Part shown: one piece after another, positions 1 through 6,727 of the stretch
How positions within the stretch are numbered: position 1 is the stretch's first letter
Layout: every line of letters starts with the position of its first letter
Assembly: GCA_964492715.1 (NCBI GenBank)
Contig: CAZBLK010000001.1
Location: 68,143-132,142 of the forward strand
Length of the DNA stretch: 64,000 nucleotides
Reading direction: 5' to 3'
Source of the DNA: an uncultured Defluviitaleaceae bacterium
GTDB taxonomy: Bacteria > Bacillota > Clostridia > Lachnospirales > WRBF01
Program-made: the position numbers and the translations under genes
Notes under the pieces: generated by a model
Told to the model about the DNA's origin: nothing
The model's database searches: none
The model's input: only the letters and a program-made list of their open reading frames with translations

Positions 1-183
1 GTTTACAAAAGCCCAGTTTGGGTTTCTTTTTATAAACTCGCTGTAATATTCAATTTGGTTTTTAAGCGAGTTTGCTTGCTCGTCTTTTTCTGTTGAAACT
101 CTGGCATAAAATGTTACACGCAGCGGTAGCTCGTAAATTGATTTGCCGTTGTTTAGCTGCTGGCGAATGTTGTATAAGTCCAT
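1..183 (-). CDS. large serine recombinase, N-terminal 61 codons only (gene continues past the left edge)
   Basis: Not in the ORF track because it is truncated by the window. Manual minus-strand translation from ATG at 183 gives MDLYNIRQQLNNGKSIYELPLRVTFYARVSTEKDEQANSLKNQIEYYSEFIKRNPNWAFVN. YARVST is the catalytic-serine motif of the resolvase/invertase domain, and this N-terminal layout is typical of large serine recombinases of Firmicutes elements. Confidence 0.8.
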   Translation of the reverse strand, partial: MDLYNIRQQLNNGKSIYELPLRVTFYARVSTEKDEQANSLKNQIEYYSEFIKRNPNWAFVN

Positions 184-281
184 AAAAACACCTTTGTTTT
201 TTATTTAATAAACTGGTGTTTACATTTTATGAATAAATGTATATGATTATGATTATAAGGAATTGTATAAGGAGGGGAAAG

Positions 282-1085
282 ATGGAAGGTTGTGATTTGT
301 TCGACGAAAACAGGCAGACGTATGGGAATAATTGGAACAATGATTTTAACAGTTGGAAGGAAATTGAACAGCTAAACTTTTTGGGTTGGGATTTTTCGGA
401 AATTGATGGGCTTATAGAGTATGAAGAATTAGCTTGGGATTACAAAAATATTGTTAAACAATATATTAAGCCTCAGCATAAGCTGCTTGACATGGGTACA
501 GGTGGGGGCGAGTTTCTATTAACACTAAACCACCCGCATGAAAACACGTGCGTGACAGAAGCATGGGTGCCAAACGTTCAGCTTTGTAATGAACGGCTTG
601 CGCCGCTTGGAATAACTGTTAAGCAAGTTTTTGACGATAATGTATTGCCTTATGACGACAACACTTTTGACATTATAATAAACCGCCACGAAGCATTTAG
701 CGTAAAAGAGATACGCCGAATTTTAAAGCCTGGCGGTGTTTTTATTACACAGCAAATTGGGGGCAAAAACAATGAGTGGCTTTCAAAGTATATGGATATT
801 GATTTTAAGGCAAACTTCCCAAACCATTCACTAGGAAACAATGTTGCAGAATTAGAAGATAATGGCTTTGATGTATTATATGAACAAGAAAGTTACCCTT
901 ACATACGATTTAATGATGTTAAAGCAATTGTTTATTATGCAAAAAACATTCCTTGGGAATTTAAAGAGTTTTCAGTTGAAAGATGTTTTAATAGGCTTTT
1001 GGAACTTAAAAATATTATTATGAAAAATGGATACGTGGAAAGCCTTGGGCATAGGTTTATTATTGTTTCTAAATGTGTAAAGTAA
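282..1085 (+). CDS. class I SAM-dependent methyltransferase
   Basis: Motif I LLDMGTGGGEF and later ILKPGGVF. RBS aaggagggg at 269-277 favours the ATG at 282 over 237. Confidence 0.8.
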   Translation: MEGCDLFDENRQTYGNNWNNDFNSWKEIEQLNFLGWDFSEIDGLIEYEELAWDYKNIVKQYIKPQHKLLDMGTGGGEFLLTLNHPHENTCVTEAWVPNVQLCNERLAPLGITVKQVFDDNVLPYDDNTFDIIINRHEAFSVKEIRRILKPGGVFITQQIGGKNNEWLSKYMDIDFKANFPNHSLGNNVAELEDNGFDVLYEQESYPYIRFNDVKAIVYYAKNIPWEFKEFSVERCFNRLLELKNIIMKNGYVESLGHRFIIVSKCVK

Positions 1086-1100
1086 AATAGGATAAGCTCT

Positions 1101-1140
1101 AAGGCTTCCGAAAGCAAATTGCTCAGGAAGCCTTTTTTTA
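1101..1140 (+). terminator. intrinsic terminator after the methyltransferase gene
   Basis: Stem aaggcttcc (1101-1109) pairs with ggaagcctt (1126-1134), followed by a T-run. Confidence 0.7.
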
Positions 1141-1148
1141 TTCATTAA

Positions 1149-1883
1149 TTAATTGCTTCTAGTCCGTGAAATAAAAATATTCTCAATAAAAGAAATTACC
1201 CAGTAAAGCATTAGGCCAACAATGCCCAAAACTAAAATGCCTGTATACATGTCAACATATTTAAACATAGTCCACGAGTTCATTACGTAATAGCCCATGC
1301 CGTACCTTGTTCCAAACGACTCGGCAAAAAAAAGAACAGAAAAAGACGTAGCAAGCCCTATGCGGATTGATGTAAAAATTTGGGGCAGGGCAGAGGGTAA
1401 ATAAATGTGAATTAGCTTGTCAAAAAATTTTGCACCGATAATATTAAACTGTGTTATGTACTCAACAGGCAAGTTTTTCATCGTGTCACGCAAAGCGACT
1501 GTCACTTGAAACACCATTATTAAAAAAATAATAAAAACTTTTGATGCGTCACCAATTCCAAAAGCAAGCATTATTATCGGCAAAAATGCAATTTTGGGAA
1601 TTGGGCTTAAAAGGTAAACAATTGGCGAAAGAACATAGTCCAAAAGCTTTACTGTATGCAAAGCTATGCCAAGCGAAATTCCAACAAACAATGCAAGCGA
1701 AATGCCAGCAAAAATTCTTCCTAAACTATACAAAACGTGCAAATAAATTTGGTTAGTTCTAGTGTTTAGCAAAACTGCAAAAACCGAAACAGGCTTTGGA
1801 AGAATTGCATTGTTTACAACAACAGCACATACTTGCCAAACAACCAACAAAATAATTACTCCGTATAATTTTTGGTGTTTCAT
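1149..1883 (-). CDS. ABC transporter permease (NitT/TauT-type)
   Basis: Multi-pass membrane protein with a BPD-transporter-like core. The ATG at 1883 follows gtgagg; the ATPase TGA stop (1892-1894) overlaps the alternative GTG start at 1895. Confidence 0.8.
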   Translation of the reverse strand: MKHQKLYGVIILLVVWQVCAVVVNNAILPKPVSVFAVLLNTRTNQIYLHVLYSLGRIFAGISLALFVGISLGIALHTVKLLDYVLSPIVYLLSPIPKIAFLPIIMLAFGIGDASKVFIIFLIMVFQVTVALRDTMKNLPVEYITQFNIIGAKFFDKLIHIYLPSALPQIFTSIRIGLATSFSVLFFAESFGTRYGMGYYVMNSWTMFKYVDMYTGILVLGIVGLMLYWVISFIENIFISRTRSN

Positions 1884-1891
1884 ATAAAACC

Positions 1892-2482
1892 TCACAACTT
1901 AATAATTACATCACTTAAAAGCTTTGCTTCTTCTGGGTTGTGCGTAACAAGCAATGTAGTTATGTTTCTTTCTTCCTGTAGTTTTTTAAACAATGAATAT
2001 ATACTTTCTTTTGTGGAAACATCAAGGGCGGAAAAAGGCTCGTCCAAAAGCAAAAGGTCTGGCTCGTAAAACAAAACGGAAGCTAGAGCAACACGTTGGT
2101 ACTGCCCACCGCTAAGCTTGCTAGGGTACTTTTTAACCAAGCTGTTGTCAAGCTCTAGTTCTTCTAAAAGCTTTAGTGCAGACTCTTTGCACACCTTTTT
2201 TTCTTTTATTTTTTTAAGAAGCATTACATTTTGCAGCACGGTTTTCCATGGCAGTAGCGAGTTTTTTTGTGGCATTAGCATAATTCTTGTAAAGCTTTTG
2301 TTTTTTATTTGCCCTTCGTAGTCTGTATGCACTCCAGCGATAATTTTTAAAAGAGTGCTTTTTCCACAGCCCGACTTTCCTAGCAAAGATATTACATTTC
2401 CTTTTTGTATATCCATGCTAAAGTCTTGAAGAACTTTTTCTTCGTATCCTTTATAAAATGCGTATTTTAAATTAATTTTCAT
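1892..2482 (-). CDS. ABC transporter ATP-binding protein (short, 196 aa)
   Basis: Walker A GKSGCGKST, signature LSGGQYQR, Walker B LLLLDEP, H-loop LVTHN. Confidence 0.9.
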   Translation of the reverse strand: MKINLKYAFYKGYEEKVLQDFSMDIQKGNVISLLGKSGCGKSTLLKIIAGVHTDYEGQIKNKSFTRIMLMPQKNSLLPWKTVLQNVMLLKKIKEKKVCKESALKLLEELELDNSLVKKYPSKLSGGQYQRVALASVLFYEPDLLLLDEPFSALDVSTKESIYSLFKKLQEERNITTLLVTHNPEEAKLLSDVIIKL

Positions 2483-2520
2483 CTATGCACATTAATGCTT
2501 TTTAAAAGCAGTTCCTCCAA

Positions 2521-2550
2521 TTTATGCTTGTCTACTTTATGCTTGTCCAC
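2521..2550. repeat. 15-nt tandem direct repeat x2 immediately 5' of the ATPase RBS
   Basis: tttatgcttgtctac / tttatgcttgtccac (plus strand), with one mismatch. The RBS complement tcctcc lies at 2513-2518. Confidence 0.85.
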
Positions 2551-2561
2551 TTTCGCAGTAT

Positions 2562-2750
2562 TTAATTATGTATACTTTCAGAATATTTGTCAATTGCTTT
2601 TTTGGCCTCTTTAAGTATAGAGTTTGTTGCACCAGTATACATTTCTTCGGTAATAATGCCTTTTTCGTAAAGACGTTTGTTTATTAAAAGCTTAATTTCG
2701 GTAGAAACCCTTTGCAGACAAGCTTCTTTTGCGGTAATGGTCATGTGCAT
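2562..2750 (-). CDS. small hypothetical protein with a SHOCT-like GIITEEMY motif
   Basis: ORF inside the ABC operon with RBS gaggtg before MHMTIT. LYEKGIITEEMY resembles the SHOCT short C-terminal motif. Function unknown. Confidence 0.4.
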   Translation of the reverse strand: MHMTITAKEACLQRVSTEIKLLINKRLYEKGIITEEMYTGATNSILKEAKKAIDKYSESIHN

Positions 2751-2804
2751 CACCTCAATATATTTTATGCCAGTTTGCAAAAGGTTAATACAGTTTTATT
2801 TATA

Positions 2805-2842
2805 GCAAAAAGGCATCTAGCTCCATTGGAAGTAGATACCTT
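2805..2842 (-). terminator. intra-operon hairpin plus U-tract after the binding-protein gene
   Basis: On the minus strand: aaggtatctacttccaatggagctagatgcctt followed by ttttt. Probably an attenuator or mRNA-stability element between the SBP gene and the downstream genes. Confidence 0.5.
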
Positions 2843-2853
2843 AAAATTTATGT

Positions 2854-3744
2854 TTACTTAACTTCCGCAGAAATATCAGAAAGTGAATATTCTTTTGTTA
2901 CTAAGCCTTTGTCTAAAAGCCAAGCGTTAGCTTTTTTTACATCATCTTCTGTTGGCATAGTTTTCTTTTCGTAAACAGGAAGCGCAAATTCAACTTCTGG
3001 GAAGCCCATTTGCTCAATTAAAATTGGCTTTAGTTCTTCATAGCTTGCGCTGTTTATGTAATCCACAGCTTTGTCGTATGCTTCGTAAAGCTCTTTGACG
3101 TAAGCTTTCTTTTTGTCTATAGAATCCTTTGAAAGAAGTACAATACCAGCACTTGTTTCAGTGTCGATTTTAAGTTCTACTGCGCCGCTTGCAACTGCAA
3201 TTGTACCAAAAGGCTCTGGAAGTGTTGCGCCGTCAAGCTTGTTGTTAACAAGCATTTCAAGGCGTAAAGGAATTAATGGCACTGCTGTTTTTTCAGCTTC
3301 AACGCCTGCTTCGCCAAGAATTGTGTCAGTAATATATTCAATAATTGTGTTGCTGGAAATGCCAATTGACTTTCCTTGCATTTGTGAAATTTCAGTAACG
3401 CCTGAATCTTTTCCAGCAACCATAACAAAGTATCCGTTTGTTTTTGAAGTTAAAACGCCGTCAAAGTCGTTTTCTTTTGCCATCATTACAGAAAGCAAGT
3501 CTGAAGTAGAGCCGTCAATGTTTTTACTAAACAATGCGCTGTCACGGTCGGCTGCGCTTTTAAAAAGCTCAAGCTCAACATTTTCGCCTAAAAAGCCTTT
3601 TTCTTTTGCAACGAAAAATGGAATAGAGTCAAGGTTTGTCATTACGCCAAGCTTCAATTTTTCAGGATTTTTTGCACAGCCCGAAAGAAGCATTGTCGCA
3701 CCAATGCCTAAAATAAGTAATTTTTTAAAAATAGATTTTTTCAT
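2854..3744 (-). CDS. ABC transporter substrate-binding lipoprotein (NMT1/THI5-TauA-like)
   Basis: Signal peptide with lipobox LLSGC. PBP type II-like sequence. The start ATG overlaps the ubiX stop (ATGA). Confidence 0.8.
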   Translation of the reverse strand: MKKSIFKKLLILGIGATMLLSGCAKNPEKLKLGVMTNLDSIPFFVAKEKGFLGENVELELFKSAADRDSALFSKNIDGSTSDLLSVMMAKENDFDGVLTSKTNGYFVMVAGKDSGVTEISQMQGKSIGISSNTIIEYITDTILGEAGVEAEKTAVPLIPLRLEMLVNNKLDGATLPEPFGTIAVASGAVELKIDTETSAGIVLLSKDSIDKKKAYVKELYEAYDKAVDYINSASYEELKPILIEQMGFPEVEFALPVYEKKTMPTEDDVKKANAWLLDKGLVTKEYSLSDISAEVK

Positions 3745-4325
3745 AGCTGTCCCCATTCTTTGTATAGTTCATTTTGAAACCCAAACATATTTAAAATTCT
3801 GCCAACACTTTCCCAAACCAAATCGTCAATAGTTTGCGGACGGTTATAAAACGACGGTATAAGCGGCACAATTTGTGCGCCTGCTTCACACAGATTAAGC
3901 AAATTTTTTAAATGGTTTTTGTTTAGTGGTGTTTCACGTGGGCAAACAACAAGCTTTCTGCCTTCTTTTAGGCAAACGTCTGCTGCCCTTGTTAAAACTG
4001 TGTCACCTATGCCGGCAGAAATTTTGCCGACTGTTGCCATAGAACACGGCGCAATAATCATACCAAGTGTTTGAAAAGAGCCGCTTGCAATAGAAACAAA
4101 CATGTTGTCGTTTTTGTGTATTATAACATTTTTAGCACAAGCTATGGTTTCAAAAGGTTTGCCACGCTCGTACTGAAAAACTTGTCTTCCATTATCTGTA
4201 ATAACAATGTGAAGCTCAATTTCATTTAACAAATGTTCATTTGTTAAATGGTTAACGATTTTTTCTGAATAAATGCTGCCACTTGCGCCTGTTATTCCTA
4301 AAATAATTCTTTTTACATTTTCCAC
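3741..4325 (-). CDS. ubiX: UbiX/Pad1-family flavin prenyltransferase (prFMN synthase)
   Basis: N-terminal ILGITGASGSIY flavoprotein motif, 194 aa, adjacent to ubiD and ubiA homologues. Confidence 0.9.
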   Translation of the reverse strand: MENVKRIILGITGASGSIYSEKIVNHLTNEHLLNEIELHIVITDNGRQVFQYERGKPFETIACAKNVIIHKNDNMFVSIASGSFQTLGMIIAPCSMATVGKISAGIGDTVLTRAADVCLKEGRKLVVCPRETPLNKNHLKNLLNLCEAGAQIVPLIPSFYNRPQTIDDLVWESVGRILNMFGFQNELYKEWGQL

Positions 4326-5191
4326 AAAAAATAATCTCCCAAAGTAAAAACGATAAAAACTATACTAATAATTTGATTAATAGTATATGACGCTATTATG
4401 TACTTGTTTTTTATTAAAAGCCTGTCATTTCTTGGTGCAATTATTATATGTTCAATTAAAAGCAAACTACAAATTATTGCAACACCAATTAAATATACAT
4501 AATGAAGCTTTAAAACAAAATACAAAACTCCAAGCATAAAAACAACAGCAGCATGTAAAAGTGCCGAGATTATGTGTGCGCCTTTTCTTCCAAAGCGGCG
4601 TGGCACAGAGTAAAGCCCTTCCTTTGTGTCAAACTCAATGTCTTGAATTGCATAAATAATGTCAAAGCCGGCAACCCAGCATGTTACAATTGCGGCAAGC
4701 AAAAAAGCTGTAAACGATGGCTTTCCGGTAACGGCAAGCCATGCACCCATAGGCGCACCGCCGCAAGCCATTCCAAGAATTAAATGACAAAAGTAAGTGA
4801 ACCTCTTTGAGTACGAATAAACAAAAAATATTGCAATTGCAACAGGCAAAAGGACAAGGCATGTTATGTTCAGCATAAAAGCCGAAACTGCCATAAGCAC
4901 AAATGAGCCTATAGTCAAAGCCCAAGCTTCAAAAACGCCAACTTTCCCTGTTGGAATGTGCCGCCCTGCTGTACGAGGGTTTTTTTTGTCAATGTCCTTG
5001 TCGATAACACGGTTTAGTGCATTTGCGCCTGTTCTTGCCGAAACAAGCGCAAGAAGTATCCAAAAAAAGATGGAAAGCTTTGGCATACCTCCGCTTGCCA
5101 AAACCATAGAGGTCAAGCCAAAAGGCAGTGAAAAAAGCGTGTGGGAAAACATTACAAGCTCCCCAAGGTTTGTTACCTTTTTAAATACCAT
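4313..5191 (-). CDS. UbiA-family aromatic prenyltransferase (4-hydroxybenzoate polyprenyltransferase-like)
   Basis: NRVIDKDIDKKNPRTAGRHIP Asp-rich motif and a multi-TM protein. RBS aaaggtgg favours start MVFKKV at 5191. Confidence 0.85.
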   Translation of the reverse strand: MVFKKVTNLGELVMFSHTLFSLPFGLTSMVLASGGMPKLSIFFWILLALVSARTGANALNRVIDKDIDKKNPRTAGRHIPTGKVGVFEAWALTIGSFVLMAVSAFMLNITCLVLLPVAIAIFFVYSYSKRFTYFCHLILGMACGGAPMGAWLAVTGKPSFTAFLLAAIVTCWVAGFDIIYAIQDIEFDTKEGLYSVPRRFGRKGAHIISALLHAAVVFMLGVLYFVLKLHYVYLIGVAIICSLLLIEHIIIAPRNDRLLIKNKYIIASYTINQIISIVFIVFTLGDYFLWKM

Positions 5192-6617
5192 ACGACTTCC
5201 ACCTTTTTGAAACAAGCTGTTTAATGTCATTTGACATTACAATGTCGTCAGGCCATTCTCTGTCGTGTCCTTCTGTCTTCCACTTTTTAGTTGCGTCAAT
5301 ACCTAGCCTTGTTCCAAAATGTGGCGTGCTTGAAGCGTGGTCTAGTGCATCAAGGACACCTTCGGAAAGGACTAAATCTCTTTTTGCGTCAATGTTGTTG
5401 AACACTTTCCAAGCTACTGTCGATACGTCGTGTGGGTTTACGTCTTTGTCTACAACAATAATCATTTTTGTGTACATCATTTGACCGTATCCCCAAAGAG
5501 TGTTCATAATTTTTTTTGCATGAAGCGGGTAACGCTTGTCTATGCTTACAATTACACAGTTGTGGAACACGCCTTCAAGAGGGAAGTTCATGTCAATTAT
5601 TTCTGGGGCAATAAGCTGCAAAAGCGGAAGGAAAATTCTTTCCGTAGCTTTACCCAAAAAGCAGTCTTCCATTGGGGGCTTGCCGACAATTGTTGACATG
5701 TAAATTGGGTTTTTGCGCCGTGTAATTGTTTTTACATGGAAAACAGGGTAGTCGTCTGTTAAAGAATAATACCCGGTGTGGTCGCCGAAAGGACCTTCTT
5801 TTCGCAATTCCCCAATTTCAACGTAGCCTTCAAGAACAAATTCACTGTTTGCCGGAACATAAATGTCGTTTGTCACACTTTTAACAAGCTTAACAGGCGA
5901 GTTTCTCAAAAAACCTGCAAACATCATTTCATCAATAATTTTTGGCAGCGGTGCAGTTGCGGCATAAATTGTTGCTGGGTCGCAGCCGATTGCAACAGAA
6001 ACAGGCATTCGCTTGCCAATCTTTTTGTACTTTTCATAAATTTCTCGTCCGTCTTTGTGCAAATGCCAGTGCATTCCTGTTGTATTTTTGTCATACACTT
6101 GCATTCTGTACATGCCAACGTTTTGTGTTCCTGTTTCTGGGTCTTTTGTAAACACCAATGGCAAAGTTATAAACTTTCCGCCGTCATCAGGCCAGCATTG
6201 CATTATCGGAAGCTTTGTTAAGTCTGCCTTTTCGATAACTTCTTGAGCAGGAGCGTTTTTAACTTTAATTGGAATTACGTTAATCATGCTTAACAAGTCG
6301 GGTACCATTTTAAAGGCGTTTGGAATTGGCAAATACTGTTTTAAATCTATAAGCTTACGTATTCTTGCAGCTATGTCGTCTAAGCTTTGCACCTCTAAAG
6401 CAAGGTTAAGCCGTTTTGTAGAGCCAAACGTGTTTATCAAAAGCGGAAACTCCGAACCTTTTACATTGTGAAACAAAAGCGCTTCGCCGTGGCGCTTTGA
6501 AACTCTGTCTGTAATTTCTGTAATTTCCAGCACAGGGTCAACCTCTGTAGTTATGTGCTTAATTTGCTTGTTTTTTTCAAGCACTTTAATAAAAGAACGA
6601 ATATCTTTGTATGCCAT
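5181..6617 (-). CDS. ubiD: UbiD-family prFMN-dependent decarboxylase
   Basis: Full-length similarity to UbiD (EITEITDR, LLFHNVKG, GPFGDHTGYY). Confidence 0.9.
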   Translation of the reverse strand: MAYKDIRSFIKVLEKNKQIKHITTEVDPVLEITEITDRVSKRHGEALLFHNVKGSEFPLLINTFGSTKRLNLALEVQSLDDIAARIRKLIDLKQYLPIPNAFKMVPDLLSMINVIPIKVKNAPAQEVIEKADLTKLPIMQCWPDDGGKFITLPLVFTKDPETGTQNVGMYRMQVYDKNTTGMHWHLHKDGREIYEKYKKIGKRMPVSVAIGCDPATIYAATAPLPKIIDEMMFAGFLRNSPVKLVKSVTNDIYVPANSEFVLEGYVEIGELRKEGPFGDHTGYYSLTDDYPVFHVKTITRRKNPIYMSTIVGKPPMEDCFLGKATERIFLPLLQLIAPEIIDMNFPLEGVFHNCVIVSIDKRYPLHAKKIMNTLWGYGQMMYTKMIIVVDKDVNPHDVSTVAWKVFNNIDAKRDLVLSEGVLDALDHASSTPHFGTRLGIDATKKWKTEGHDREWPDDIVMSNDIKQLVSKRWKSYGI

Positions 6618-6635
6618 TTCATTACCTCCGTTAAT

Positions 6636-6664
6636 ATTATGAATATGTTATATAATTTTGTCAA
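6636..6664 (-). promoter_or_regulatory. candidate sigma-A promoter of the ubiD operon
   Basis: Minus strand TTGACA (6664-6659), 17 nt spacer, CATAAT (6641-6636). It would give a very short leader ending at the ggaggt RBS. Confidence 0.35.
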
Positions 6665-6727
6665 TTGAAATTAATTTACAACATAGCGAACAGGGTAGGT
6701 GTGACTGAGAATTGTAGAACAGTGTTG

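Noticed and set aside
185-222. 7-bp inverted repeat (aaacacc ... ggtgttt) between the recombinase and methyltransferase starts
   Set aside because: The stem is short and the loop is 22 nt in AT-rich DNA, so this is well within chance expectation.
2562-2780. Possibility that the small ORF in the ubi/ABC operon is the BsdD/VdcD-type small subunit of phenolic acid decarboxylases
   Set aside because: As I recall them, those ~75-aa subunits carry a Cys-rich zinc-ribbon pattern. This protein has a single Cys and instead shows a SHOCT-like GIITEEMY motif.
3113-3832. 239-aa plus-strand ORF overlapping the substrate-binding protein and ubiX genes
   Set aside because: It is antisense to two well-supported genes. 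The product is Ser/Pro/Ile-rich low-complexity sequence. There is no RBS. This is a typical shadow ORF.
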